Assembly: GCA_049510745.1 (NCBI GenBank)
Contig: JBEKYR010000061.1
Coordinates: forward strand, 1 to 26,714
Direction: 5' to 3'
Length of the DNA stretch: 26,714 nt
Origin: Verrucomicrobiota bacterium
GTDB lineage: Bacteria; Verrucomicrobiota; Verrucomicrobiia; Limisphaerales; Palsa-1400
Shown here in pieces: positions 8,110 through 18,128 of the stretch. Both the position numbers and the translations under genes were made by a program. Below the pieces are notes generated by a model. It was not told the DNA's origin. It did not search any database and was given only the letters and a program-made list of their open reading frames with translations. How positions within the stretch are numbered: the stretch's first letter is position 1; each line of letters opens with the position of its first letter.

Positions 8110-9258
8110 TTAGGGTTGGACCGAAAAGTGGTAGATGATGATGTTGTCAAAGACTTCCCCCGGCTTGAGTTCGACGGTCGGGAACTCCGGCTTGTTCGGG
8201 GAATCGGGGAAATGCTGCGGTTCCATGCAAAAGGCGCTCCGATGCGCGTACACCGACCCGCCCTTGCCCGTGATCGTGCCGTCCAGGAAGTTGCCCGAAT
8301 AGAACTGCAAGCCGGGTTCGGTGGACCAGACTTCCATGACGCGGCCCGACGACGGCTCGCTCACGCGCGCCATGAGGGAAAGGTAGCCGGCCTTCTTGTT
8401 GACGACCCAGTTGTGATCGTAGCCCTTGCCAAACTTAAGCTGCTCGTCCTCCTGCCCGATGCGCGCGCCGATCGCCGTCGGCACCCGAAAATCGAAGGGC
8501 GTGTTTTCAACCGGGCGCAATTCCCCGGTCGGAATCAGGGTCGCGTCCACCGGCGTGAACCGGTCGGCGGGGATCATCACGACGTGGCCCAAAATGTCGC
8601 CCTGCCCGGCCAGGTTGAAATAGGAATGGTGCGTCAGGTTGACGACCGTGTCCTTGTCCGTGACCGCGTGGAACTCCAGGCGCAGGGAGTTGTCGTTCAT
8701 CAGCGTGTAGGTGGCGGTGACGTTTAAATTGCCGGGAAAGCCCTCCTCGCCGTCCTTGCTCAGGTAGCTGAGGACCAGTTGGGGGCCGTCGGCGCTTTTG
8801 TGGGAGCGCGCCGTCCAGACGCGCTTGTCAAAGCCCTTGAAACCACCGTGCAGCATATTGGGGCCGTCGTTGGCGTCCAGCGTGCAGATGGTTCCATCGA
8901 GGGTGAATTTGGCCCCGCCAATGCGGTTGCCGTAACGCCCGATCAGCGCGCCAAAGTAGGGCGTCTTGTTCAGATACGGTTCCAGATTGTCGCAGCCCAG
9001 CACCACGTCGTCGAAATGGCCGTTCTTGTCCGGCATCTTCAAGGAAACGACAATGCCGCCGTAAGTCATGATGCGGGCTTCGGCGCCCTTGTTGTTGTGC
9101 AGCGTGAAAATATCGACCGCTTCGCCGTTTGGCCCCGTGCCAAAGGGTTGTTTGTCAATAGTGCTGGTCGAGGCGCTCTCGCTCGCGCAACCGGCCAGAA
9201 ACCAGGCGCCGGCGCCGCAGGCGAACATCCAGGGAATCATTCTTTTGATCGTGCTCAT
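8110..9258 (-). CDS. galM: Aldose 1-epimerase (mutarotase) with lipoprotein signal peptide
   Basis: GRYGNRI, LHGG, NLTHHSYFNL, GYDHNW, CMEPQHFPDSPN; lipobox LAGC at residues 21-24. Confidence 0.92.
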   Translation of the reverse strand: MSTIKRMIPWMFACGAGAWFLAGCASESASTSTIDKQPFGTGPNGEAVDIFTLHNNKGAEARIMTYGGIVVSLKMPDKNGHFDDVVLGCDNLEPYLNKTPYFGALIGRYGNRIGGAKFTLDGTICTLDANDGPNMLHGGFKGFDKRVWTARSHKSADGPQLVLSYLSKDGEEGFPGNLNVTATYTLMNDNSLRLEFHAVTDKDTVVNLTHHSYFNLAGQGDILGHVVMIPADRFTPVDATLIPTGELRPVENTPFDFRVPTAIGARIGQEDEQLKFGKGYDHNWVVNKKAGYLSLMARVSEPSSGRVMEVWSTEPGLQFYSGNFLDGTITGKGGSVYAHRSAFCMEPQHFPDSPNKPEFPTVELKPGEVFDNIIIYHFSVQP

Positions 9259-9277
9259 ATATGGTAGGGTGAACGGA

Positions 9278-9979
9278 TTAACTGTTTTTGGTTTGCCCGT
9301 AGTAGGCTCCAGGGCCGTGCTTGCGGAAAAAATGTTTGTCCAGCAGACCGGCGGGCATCGGTTTGACCTTTGGGTTCAGGCGGAGCGTTTCGGCGGCCAG
9401 GCGGGCGACAAACTCCAGCACCACCGCGTTGTGCGCCGCCCCGCCCACGTCCGCGCCCCAGGCAAAAGGCCCGTGGCTGGCCACCAAAACGGCGGGAAAA
9501 TCGAGCGGGTCCATACCCCTGAATCGCTCAATGATCACGACGCCGGTGTTCAACTCGTAGTCCGTCTTGATTTCCCGCGCCGTCAGCGGGCGGGTGCAGG
9601 GGACTTCGCCGTGAAAATAATCCGCGTGCGTCGTGCCCAACGCCGGAATGGGCCGGCCGGCCTGCGCCCAGGCGGTGGCGTGCAGACTGTGCGTATGGAC
9701 CACGCCGCCGACGCCGTGGAACGCCCGGTAAAGCGCCAGATGAGTGGCCGTATCGGAGCTGGGTTTGAATTCTCCCTCGACCACCTTCCCGGTGTCCAGC
9801 GCCACGACAACCATGTGGGCCGGGGTCATGCCGGCGTAGGAAACGCCGGAAGGCTTGATGACGACCAGTCCGCGCGCGCGGTCGATGCCGCTGGCGTTGC
9901 CCCAGGTGTGAATGACCAGGCCCTCCCTGACCAGGTCCAGGTTGGCTTGGCACACGGCCTTTTTCAGTGGTTCCAACAT
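9278..9979 (-). CDS. araD: L-ribulose-5-phosphate 4-epimerase
   Basis: [52 protein letters not shown]. Confidence 0.95.
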   Translation of the reverse strand: MLEPLKKAVCQANLDLVREGLVIHTWGNASGIDRARGLVVIKPSGVSYAGMTPAHMVVVALDTGKVVEGEFKPSSDTATHLALYRAFHGVGGVVHTHSLHATAWAQAGRPIPALGTTHADYFHGEVPCTRPLTAREIKTDYELNTGVVIIERFRGMDPLDFPAVLVASHGPFAWGADVGGAAHNAVVLEFVARLAAETLRLNPKVKPMPAGLLDKHFFRKHGPGAYYGQTKNS

Positions 9980-9990
9980 GTTCCCCCGTT

Positions 9991-11667
9991 TCAGGAACGC
10001 GCCCGGTTGCGAAGATCAATCAACTGTTTCATCACAGGATGCAGGGTTCCCTGCCAATCCGCCTTGCCGAAGGCGTCGTGCAACGTGCTGTAAAGCGAAT
10101 ACAAATCCCGGTAAACGGCATGGGCCTGGGGGTTGGGCGCGAAGGCGCGCGCCTTCAAGCCGGTCATCGCCCGGATGGCTGAGGCGAAATCGCGGTGCGC
10201 GCCGCACACCACCGCAGCGGCCACGGCCGCGCCCAGGGCGCACGTTTGCGCCGAGCGCGAGATTTTCATGGGCCGGCCGGTCACGTCCGCGTAAATCTGC
10301 ATCACCAGCGGGTTCTTTTCCGCGATGCCGCCGCAATTGACCACCTGCTGGATTTTCACGCCGTATTCCTCGAAGCGGTTGATGATGGTCAGCGCCCCGA
10401 ACGCGGTCGCCTCGATCAACGCCCGGTAAATCTCCGCCGGCGTCGTGTAAAGGGTCTGTCCGAGAAGCAGCCCGGCCAGGCGCTGGTCCACCAGCACGGT
10501 GCGGTTGCCATTGTTCCAATCCAGCGCCAGCAAACCGGACTCGCCCGGACGCAGCCGGGCTGCGCCCCGGGTCAGGGCCTCGTGCGAGCCGGCCTTGGCG
10601 CCACCGGGTTGAATATAATTGACAAACCAGTTGAAAATGTCGCCCACCGCCGACTGCCCCGCCTCCAGGCCGTAACAGTCCGGCAGCACACTCCCGCTGA
10701 CGATCCCGCACAGGCCCGGAATGTCCGCCAGTTTTTCCGTCAGCGGCCAGACGGCGATGTCGCAGGTGCTGGTGCCGATGATTTTGACCAGGGTGCCGGG
10801 AGCGATGCCCGCGCCGATGGCGCCCAGGTGCGCGTCGAAGGCGCCCACCGCGACCGGTATGCCCTCGCGCAACCCCGTGCGCTGCGACCATTCCCTGGAA
10901 AGTCCGCCCGCCTTGGCGCTGACGTCGCGCGCCTTGGCGCAGAGCCGCTGGCGCAAGGGCGCCAGTTTTGGCGAAAGCCGGGAGAGGAACTCGGCATCCG
11001 GATAGCCGCCCCAACTCTCGTTGTACATCGCCTTGTGGCCCGCCGCGCAGATGCCCGCCGTGAGTTTTTCCGGCGCTTCCGTTCCGGTCAGCGCCGCCGG
11101 CACGTAGTCGGCCAGCTCGACCCACGAGGCGGCGGCGTCGAAGACCGCGGGGCTGGTGCGAAGGCAATGGAGGATTTTGCTGAAAAACCATTCGCTCGAG
11201 TAGGTGCCGCCGCACTTGGCCAGGTACTGGGGCCGGATTTCCCTGGCCAGCCCGGTGATTTCCGCCGCCTCCGCCACGCCGGTGTGATCTTTCCACAGCC
11301 AAGCCATGGCCGCCGGATTCCGGGCAAAACGCCGGTCAAACGCCAGCGGCTGGCCGCGTCCATCGACCGGCATGGGCGTGCTGCCGGTGGTGTCCACCCC
11401 GATGCCGGCAATCTGCTCCGGCTTGAAGCCGCGCCCCTTCTTCCGCGCAGCGGCCAGCGCGCGCTGGATGGAAATCTCCGCCCCCTTGATGTAATCGGCC
11501 GGATGCTGCCGGGCCAGATTGGGGTCGCGCGACAGGATGACGCCGGCGTCGCCGTGCTCGTAGTTCCAGACGGCGGTGGCGATTTCGCGGCCATTCGCCG
11601 TGTCCACAATCAGCGTGCGGACCGAGTTGGTGCCGTAATCCAGGCCCAGAGTGAAGGTCGGTGTCAT
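9991..11667 (-). CDS. araB: L-ribulokinase (FGGY family)
   Basis: [52 protein letters not shown]. Confidence 0.95.
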   Translation of the reverse strand: MTPTFTLGLDYGTNSVRTLIVDTANGREIATAVWNYEHGDAGVILSRDPNLARQHPADYIKGAEISIQRALAAARKKGRGFKPEQIAGIGVDTTGSTPMPVDGRGQPLAFDRRFARNPAAMAWLWKDHTGVAEAAEITGLAREIRPQYLAKCGGTYSSEWFFSKILHCLRTSPAVFDAAASWVELADYVPAALTGTEAPEKLTAGICAAGHKAMYNESWGGYPDAEFLSRLSPKLAPLRQRLCAKARDVSAKAGGLSREWSQRTGLREGIPVAVGAFDAHLGAIGAGIAPGTLVKIIGTSTCDIAVWPLTEKLADIPGLCGIVSGSVLPDCYGLEAGQSAVGDIFNWFVNYIQPGGAKAGSHEALTRGAARLRPGESGLLALDWNNGNRTVLVDQRLAGLLLGQTLYTTPAEIYRALIEATAFGALTIINRFEEYGVKIQQVVNCGGIAEKNPLVMQIYADVTGRPMKISRSAQTCALGAAVAAAVVCGAHRDFASAIRAMTGLKARAFAPNPQAHAVYRDLYSLYSTLHDAFGKADWQGTLHPVMKQLIDLRNRARS

Positions 11668-11676
11668 GGTGGGAAA

Positions 11677-13188
11677 TCAGGAAACAAAACCCCCGGCCAG
11701 CGCGTAGTACACTTCGTTGCAGCGCAATTCCTTGCGGAACTGGCGCAAGCAGGTGTTCTCATCAATAATCAGGGTTTCGATGCCGGCGATGTTGCCGAAG
11801 TCCTCCATCATCTCGGTGGTCACCGCCGGGCTGAACCCGGTGTGGTGGGCGCCCCCGGCGTAAATCCACGCCGCGGCGGCAGTCGGCACGTCGGGTTTGC
11901 AAACCCAGACGGCCCGCGCCACCGGCAGTTTCGGCAGCGGTTTGTCCGGGCGGACGACATCGACTTCGTTGATGAGCAGGCGGAAGCGGTTGCCCACGTC
12001 GATGAGGGAGGCGTTGAGGGCTGGGCCGGGCGGCGTGTCAAATACTAACCGGACCGGGTCGGCCTTGCCGCCGATGCCCAGCGGATGGGCTTCCAGAGAG
12101 GGCCGGCCTTGCGCGATGCTGGGGCAAATCTCCAGCATGTGCGCGCCAAGGACCTTCATGTTGCCGGGGGCCAGATGATAGGTGTAGTCTTCCATGAACG
12201 AGACGCCGCCCCGCAATCCGTTGGCCATCACCTTCATGGCCCGCACCAGCGCCGCCGTCTTCCAATCGCCCTCCGCCCCGAACCCGTAGCCGTCGGCCAT
12301 GAGGCGTTGCGCGGCGATGCCGGGCAATTGGACCAGGCCGTGCAAATCCTCGAAGGTGTCGGTGAATCCTTTGAAGCCGCCGGCGGTCAGGAACGCGCGC
12401 AGGCCCGCCTCGATTCGCGCCGCCTCGGTCAGGGAGGCGCGCAAGGCCCCGCCCGCCCGCAGTTTGGGCGCGACTTTGTAGGCGGCCTCGTATTCCTTGA
12501 TCAGGCCCGCGATCTCGCGGTCGGATACTTCGTTGACGCATTTGACCAGGTCGCCCATGCCATAGCCGTTGACAGAGTAGCCGAACTGGATTTGCGCCGC
12601 CACTTTGTCCCCTTCGGTCACGGCGACTTCCCGCATGTTGTCGCCGAACCGGCAGAATTTGGCCCCCTGCCAATCGTGCCAGGCGGCGGCGGCGCGGCTC
12701 CACGCCCCGATGCGGTCCCGGACGGCTAAGTCCCCCCAGAATCCGACCACCACTTTTCGGGGCAGGCGCATGCGGCTCATGATGAACCCGTGTTCGCGGT
12801 CCCCGTGGGCCGCCTGGTTCAGGTTCATAAAGTCCATGTCGATGGTGGCCCAGGGAATGTCGCGGTTGTGCTGGGTATGGAAATGGAGCAGCGGCTTTTG
12901 CAGCAGGCGCAAGCCGTTGATCCACATTTTGGACGGGGAAAAGGTGTGGCACCAGGTGATCAGCCCCGCGCACTTGGGATTGTCATTGGCCCGCTGGCAC
13001 AGCGCGGTGGCGTCCGCCGGGCTGGTGATGACCGGCTGGAAAACTATTTTCAACGGGATCGCGGGCGCGGCGTCCAGCGCGGCGGCCACCTCCCGGGCGT
13101 TGGCGGACACTTTTTCCAGGGCGGCGGGGCCGTAAAGATGTTGGCTGCCGGTGACAAACCAGATTTCGTATTGTTCGAAGTCAATCAT
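11677..13188 (-). CDS. araA: L-arabinose isomerase
   Basis: [60 protein letters not shown]. Confidence 0.97.
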   Translation of the reverse strand: MIDFEQYEIWFVTGSQHLYGPAALEKVSANAREVAAALDAAPAIPLKIVFQPVITSPADATALCQRANDNPKCAGLITWCHTFSPSKMWINGLRLLQKPLLHFHTQHNRDIPWATIDMDFMNLNQAAHGDREHGFIMSRMRLPRKVVVGFWGDLAVRDRIGAWSRAAAAWHDWQGAKFCRFGDNMREVAVTEGDKVAAQIQFGYSVNGYGMGDLVKCVNEVSDREIAGLIKEYEAAYKVAPKLRAGGALRASLTEAARIEAGLRAFLTAGGFKGFTDTFEDLHGLVQLPGIAAQRLMADGYGFGAEGDWKTAALVRAMKVMANGLRGGVSFMEDYTYHLAPGNMKVLGAHMLEICPSIAQGRPSLEAHPLGIGGKADPVRLVFDTPPGPALNASLIDVGNRFRLLINEVDVVRPDKPLPKLPVARAVWVCKPDVPTAAAAWIYAGGAHHTGFSPAVTTEMMEDFGNIAGIETLIIDENTCLRQFRKELRCNEVYYALAGGFVS

Positions 13189-13210
13189 ATTATAGGTATG
13201 TTGGTATTGG

Positions 13211-13235
13211 TCTTATTGCATAAACACTGTTAAGT
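13211..13235. promoter_or_regulatory. Candidate ROK (XylR-type) operator upstream of araA
   Basis: TCTTATTGCATAAACACTGTTAAGT: 25 bp, CTTA-N15-TAAG dyad, 22 nt upstream of the araA ATG. Confidence 0.5.
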
Positions 13236-13324
13236 AAAGCGGAATTTCGCGGGGCAAGATTGATTCTTGGGCCGCGCGGGCGATCCTTTCGCCCTTGCCC
13301 CGGTTGCTTCAGGCCTCGGCGCGT

Positions 13325-14497
13325 TCATCTCTTGACAAAGCTCCTCGCTCCGGGTTTGCCCTCGATCATCGGCAGGACCAATCGCTCCATGCCCGCCGCC
13401 GCCAGCCCGGCGGCCCGCCGCCGGGGCGCGCCCTGGACTTCCACCCGGCCCCATCGGGCCCAGAGCGCTCCGCGCTCGATGGCCGCGGCCAGATACCGCA
13501 ACACCGCCGGCGGCATCTCCGCCAGGCTGCCCGTCACCACCACGCGGCGCAGTCCGCAGACATTGAGCGCGCCCGCAATGGCGCTCGCGGTCGCGTCCAA
13601 CGCCTCGGCCAGCCACGGAACAACACCCCGCAACGCGATAAACCGGACCAACTCAGGCCAGTGCGCCGCCGCGCCGGGCCGGGCCGCCGCGAAACTTCGC
13701 AGCAGTCCCGAAGTGGAAACCAACGTCTCCAGGCAACCGACCGCGCCGCAACCGCAAGGCCGTTTATTTCCCAAAACGGGCGTATGGCCGAACTCCCCGC
13801 TCATCGGCAGCGGCGGGGTGACCAGTTTGCCGCCGACAATCGCCGCGCCGCCGACCCCCTCCCCGAAATCAGCCAGCAGAAAATCCTCCTGCGCCGGATC
13901 GGAAGCCTGATGACCCAGCGCCAGCGCCCGTTCCTCCTGCACCAGCGCAACCGGCGCATTCCAAACCTCGCGGATCAGCCCGATCAGCCCGGGGCCTTCC
14001 GTCCAATGCAAATTGGGCGAGAAGAGCACCTCGGCCTTTTGTTCATCGATCACCCCCGGCACACTGGCCAGCACGCCCCATAGACCTTTGACCGGCAGCC
14101 GCGCCGCGGCTTGGGAGAGCGCCCGCCGCCACCGCGCCGGGCTGGCGGGAGTGGCGAACTGGACCGTCCAATGATCCTCCCCGCCCGTGCCGATGGGCAA
14201 GGCGGCCAGGCTGGTATCCGTCACCCCCAACTGCACCGCCACAAAGCGTGGGCGGCGGTCATCCAGGCGCAGTTGGCGGCCCGGGCGGCCCACAGCCGCC
14301 GCCTCCCGCGGCCGGTCCGAATCGAACTCCCGCACCAGGCCGATCTGGAGCAATTCATCGACAATTTTGCCGGTGGTTGGCTGGCTGAGGCCGAGGGACT
14401 TGGCCAATTCCGCCCGCGACGCGGCGCCCAGGACCTGCAACCGCGCCAGCAGAGCGCGCTTGTTGAGTTGCCCCATTTTGGACGGCACCACGATCAC
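13325..14497 (-). CDS. ROK family transcriptional regulator
   Basis: N-terminal HTH (SRAELAKSLGLSQPTTGKIVDEL), VGRP linker, GEFGH..CGCGAVGCLE zinc motif; GTG start. Confidence 0.93.
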   Translation of the reverse strand: MIVVPSKMGQLNKRALLARLQVLGAASRAELAKSLGLSQPTTGKIVDELLQIGLVREFDSDRPREAAAVGRPGRQLRLDDRRPRFVAVQLGVTDTSLAALPIGTGGEDHWTVQFATPASPARWRRALSQAAARLPVKGLWGVLASVPGVIDEQKAEVLFSPNLHWTEGPGLIGLIREVWNAPVALVQEERALALGHQASDPAQEDFLLADFGEGVGGAAIVGGKLVTPPLPMSGEFGHTPVLGNKRPCGCGAVGCLETLVSTSGLLRSFAAARPGAAAHWPELVRFIALRGVVPWLAEALDATASAIAGALNVCGLRRVVVTGSLAEMPPAVLRYLAAAIERGALWARWGRVEVQGAPRRRAAGLAAAGMERLVLPMIEGKPGARSFVKR

Positions 14498-14604
14498 AAT
14501 AATTAAGAAAACAATCTAATTCGCCCGAATGCAAGTTTTTCTGAAAACGTATTCATTCCTCATTTGCGAATGCCGCGCCATCCTCTACACTGCGCCGCGA
14601 CAAC

Positions 14605-15339
14605 ATGGCAACGGATGCTCCCGTCATCAGCCTGGCGGTTCCTTGTTTCAACGAGGAGGAGAACCTTCGCGCCTTCTTCCAGGCGGCGCAGGCGGCGCTC
14701 GACCCGCTCCAGCTTCCCTACGAAATCATAGTGACCGATGACGGCAGCGCCGATGCCTCCTGGGCCGTCTTGAAGGAATGCGCCGCGCGCGACCCCCGCC
14801 TCCGCGCCCTGCGGCTGGCGGCCAATTACGGCCAGTCCGCCGCCCTCTGGGCCGGCATGAAGGCGGCGCGCGGACGCTACATCATCACGCTGGACGCCGA
14901 TTTGCAGAATGACCCCCGCGATCTGCCGGCTTTCTTGAAGGCGCTGGAGCGCTTTGACTGCGTCTGCGGCAACCGCGTCGCCGCCCGCTGGCAGGGCGAT
15001 AATTGGATGCGCATCGCCTCCTCCCGCATCGCCAACTGGGTGCGCAACAAGCTCTCCGGCGAACAAATCCAGGACGCCGGCTGCACCTATCGGGCCTTCA
15101 AGCGCGAGTGCGTCGCGGAGCTGAAGTTTTTCAAAGGCATGCACCGTTTCCTGCCGACCCTGGTGAAAATGGAAGGGTTCACCGTGACGGAAATCAGCAT
15201 CTCACATCACCCGCGCTTCGCCGGCCGCACCCACTACGGGATTTGGAACCGGCTCTTCGCTTCTTTTTATGATTTACTGGCCGTGCGCTGGATGAAACGC
15301 CGCATGTTCCGCTTCCAGATCGCCGAGAGAATCAATTAG
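14605..15339 (+). CDS. Glycosyltransferase family 2 (DPM1/ArnC-like, no C-terminal TM)
   Basis: VPCFNEEEN, DDGS, NYGQSAAL, LDADLQNDP, DAGC, MHRFLP. Confidence 0.92.
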   Translation: MATDAPVISLAVPCFNEEENLRAFFQAAQAALDPLQLPYEIIVTDDGSADASWAVLKECAARDPRLRALRLAANYGQSAALWAGMKAARGRYIITLDADLQNDPRDLPAFLKALERFDCVCGNRVAARWQGDNWMRIASSRIANWVRNKLSGEQIQDAGCTYRAFKRECVAELKFFKGMHRFLPTLVKMEGFTVTEISISHHPRFAGRTHYGIWNRLFASFYDLLAVRWMKRRMFRFQIAERIN

Positions 15340-16715
15340 TCAAACATTTTTCCGGGATTCAGGATGCCGTTGGGATCGAGTACCCGGCGCAACGCCCGCG
15401 TCACCTCCATTTGCGCGCCGCCCAAAAACTTCGGCAGGAACGACTTTTTCGACAGCCCGACGCCGTGCTCGCCCGTGATCGTGCCGCCCAAACGGATGGC
15501 TTCGCCGAAAATTTCCTTGAACGCCTCCTCCACGCGGCGCATTTCCTCGTGGTTCCGTTCGTCGGTCAAAACGGTGGGATGGAGGTTGCCGTCGCCCATG
15601 TGGCCGAAGGTGCCGATGCGCAGGTGATGCTTTTTGGCCACAGTTTCGACAAAGCGGATCATCCGGGCCAGTTCGCTGCGCGGCACGGTGGCGTCCTCCA
15701 AAATCGTGGTCGGCGCCACGCGGGCCAGGGCGGAAAAGGCGCTGCGGCGGGCGCTGGCCAGCCGGTCGCCTTCGGCCGGGTCGCGCGCCACGCGGACCTC
15801 CTTGCAGCCTTTCTCGCGGCAAATTTGTTCCATGCGCGCCGCTTCGTCGGCCACGGCCGCCGGATGGCCGTCGCTTTCCATCAGCAGCAGCGCCTCGCAA
15901 TCCAGCGGCAGGCCGATCCGGGCGTAGTCCTCCACGCAATGAATGGTGGTGCGGTCCAAAAACTCCAGCGTGCAGGGAATGATGTGCGCGGCGATGATGG
16001 CCGAAACGGCCTCGGCCGCGTGGTCCATTCGCGAGAAGGTCGCCACCATCGTTTTCTTGGCCGCCGGCTTGGGGATCAGTTTGAGCAGCACCTTGGTGAT
16101 GACGCCCAACGTGCCTTCCGATCCGATAAATAAATCCTTGATCGAATAGCCCGCCACGTCCTTGACGCATTTGTTGCCCGTCCAGAGGATGTCCCCCTTG
16201 GGCAGCACGACCTCCAGTCCCATGACGTAATTGCGGGTGATGCCGTACTTGAGTCCGCGCAGGCCCCCGGAATTTTCCGCCACGTTGCCGCCGATGGTCG
16301 ATATCTTCATCGAACCCGGATCGGGCGGATAAAACAGCCCGGCGGCGGCGGCGGCGTTGGCAATTTGCTGGGTGGTGACGCCCGGTTCAGCCAGCAAGGT
16401 CAGGTTGGCGCGGTCCAACTCCAGGATGTTGTTCATCTTGACTGTGCAAAGAACGATGCAATCCGGAATCGGCAGGCTCCCGCCGCTCAGCCCGGTGCCG
16501 GAGCCGCGCGTGACGACGGGGATCCGGGCGGTGTTGGCATATTTAACGACCTCGGAGACTTGCTGCGTCGTGGCCACAAGGGCGACGCAGCCGGGCATCT
16601 GTTGCAGGGCCGCGGTGCCGTCGTAGGAATACGCGATCAAATCCTCCTGGGCAGTCAGAACGTTTGCCGCGCCGACCAGCCGCCGCAACTCGCCGATAAC
16701 GTCTTGGGCCAACAT
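15336..16715 (-). CDS. glcD: FAD-linked oxidase, glycolate oxidase GlcD/D-lactate dehydrogenase family
   Basis: RGSGTGLSGG, YPPDPGS, IGGNVAENSGG, GSEGTLG, HMGDGNLHP, TGEHGVG, LNPGK; ATG 16715 follows TTGACC-17-CATCCT-7. Confidence 0.88.
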   Translation of the reverse strand: MLAQDVIGELRRLVGAANVLTAQEDLIAYSYDGTAALQQMPGCVALVATTQQVSEVVKYANTARIPVVTRGSGTGLSGGSLPIPDCIVLCTVKMNNILELDRANLTLLAEPGVTTQQIANAAAAAGLFYPPDPGSMKISTIGGNVAENSGGLRGLKYGITRNYVMGLEVVLPKGDILWTGNKCVKDVAGYSIKDLFIGSEGTLGVITKVLLKLIPKPAAKKTMVATFSRMDHAAEAVSAIIAAHIIPCTLEFLDRTTIHCVEDYARIGLPLDCEALLLMESDGHPAAVADEAARMEQICREKGCKEVRVARDPAEGDRLASARRSAFSALARVAPTTILEDATVPRSELARMIRFVETVAKKHHLRIGTFGHMGDGNLHPTVLTDERNHEEMRRVEEAFKEIFGEAIRLGGTITGEHGVGLSKKSFLPKFLGGAQMEVTRALRRVLDPNGILNPGKMFD

Positions 16716-16758
16716 CGGCCACAGGATGAGCGCCGCCGCAGCGCGGGTCAAGTATCCG

Positions 16759-18075
16759 CTAAACTGCCTTGGTCACCCCCGGCACTGGCGCCGGATAATG
16801 GCCGTTGGCGTCGGGTTTGGTCGGCGGATCGGAGTCCCAGCCCAGGACTTTCGGCATGGTGTCGATTTGCGAATTGATCGCGTCGCTCCACTCCACCTCC
16901 TTGCCCGAATAGGTCGCCATCCGCCCCAGGATCCCCGTCATCGTGCTGGTCGCCCCGTAGGCGGCGGCTTCGTTGCAAGGGGTGTCGTTGCGGATGGCGG
17001 CAAAGAAGTCGTCGTGCTCCCGCTGGTAAGGGTTGCCCGGCCCCGTGGCGGAATGCCACGGCGCGGCGCCCTGGATTTTGAAACCGCCCACGTCGCAGTA
17101 TCCTTTGGCGCCCTGAACGTGCTCGGAAACACTGTCCCAGCAACCGTGTATCTGCCGGCATTGGCTGGTCAACCGGCTGCCGTCGGCGTACTCGAACTCG
17201 ACGCAGTGATGGTCAAATATCTCTCCGTAATCCAGCCCTTTGCGCACCTCGCGCCCGCCCATGCCCCAGGCGCGCACCGGATGGCCCTGCTTGATCCAAT
17301 TGATGACATCGAGATTATGGACGTGTTGCTCGACGATGTGGTCGCCGCACAGCCAGAGAAAGTAATACCAGTTGCGCATCTGGTATTCCATTTCAGTCAG
17401 GGCGCGGCCCGCCTGCTGATCCAAATCCTTGCGGCGCTTGACCCACGGACTGTCGCCATTCCAATAACAGCGCATGGCCACGATCGGGCCGATGGCCCCG
17501 TCGTGCAGCCGCTGCACGGTTTCGATGTAGCCTTGTTGATGATGCCGTTGCAGCCCGACGGCGACCTTGAGGTTCTTCTGCCTGGCTTCCTCGGCGGCGG
17601 CCAGGACCTTGCGCACGCCGGGAGCGTCCACCGCCACCGGTTTCTCCATGAAGATGTGTTTGCCCTGCCGCACCGCCGCCTCGAAGTGCATCGGGCGAAA
17701 ACCCGGCGGCGTGGCCAGGATGACTACGTCGGCCAGGGCGATGGCGTGTTGATAGGCGTCGAATCCGGCGAATTTGTTCTCCTCCGGCACATCGACGCGC
17801 TCGGCGTGTTTTTCCTTCAGCACATTGTAACTGTCGTCCAGCCGGTTTCTGAACGCGTCGGCCATCGCCACCAATTTGACAGGCCCGTCGGTGCTCAGCG
17901 CCTGGTCGGCGGCCCCGGAACCGCGTCCTCCGCAGCCGACGACCGCCACTTTCAACGTGTCATTGCCGGCCGCGAACACGCCGGGCGCCAGCGTCGCCGC
18001 GGCGGCCAGGGTTGAGGTGGTTTTGAGAAAATCGCGGCGGGTGAGTTCGGGGCTGGCGGCATTTTGCGTGTTCAT
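16759..18075 (-). CDS. Tat-exported Gfo/Idh/MocA oxidoreductase
   Basis: TRRDFLK Tat motif, VGCGGRG, ATPPGFRPMH, MEKP, GDHIVEQHVHNLD; ATG 18075. Confidence 0.92.
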   Translation of the reverse strand: MNTQNAASPELTRRDFLKTTSTLAAAATLAPGVFAAGNDTLKVAVVGCGGRGSGAADQALSTDGPVKLVAMADAFRNRLDDSYNVLKEKHAERVDVPEENKFAGFDAYQHAIALADVVILATPPGFRPMHFEAAVRQGKHIFMEKPVAVDAPGVRKVLAAAEEARQKNLKVAVGLQRHHQQGYIETVQRLHDGAIGPIVAMRCYWNGDSPWVKRRKDLDQQAGRALTEMEYQMRNWYYFLWLCGDHIVEQHVHNLDVINWIKQGHPVRAWGMGGREVRKGLDYGEIFDHHCVEFEYADGSRLTSQCRQIHGCWDSVSEHVQGAKGYCDVGGFKIQGAAPWHSATGPGNPYQREHDDFFAAIRNDTPCNEAAAYGATSTMTGILGRMATYSGKEVEWSDAINSQIDTMPKVLGWDSDPPTKPDANGHYPAPVPGVTKAV

Positions 18076-18128
18076 GGCAGTAAGATGTATCGACCGCCGG
18101 GGGCTTGTCACTATTCAAAAAATGGCGC

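Noticed and set aside
13189..13194. TATAAT directly before the araA ATG as a -10 box
   Set aside because: Zero spacing would place the TSS inside the gene; more likely an AT-rich translation initiation region.
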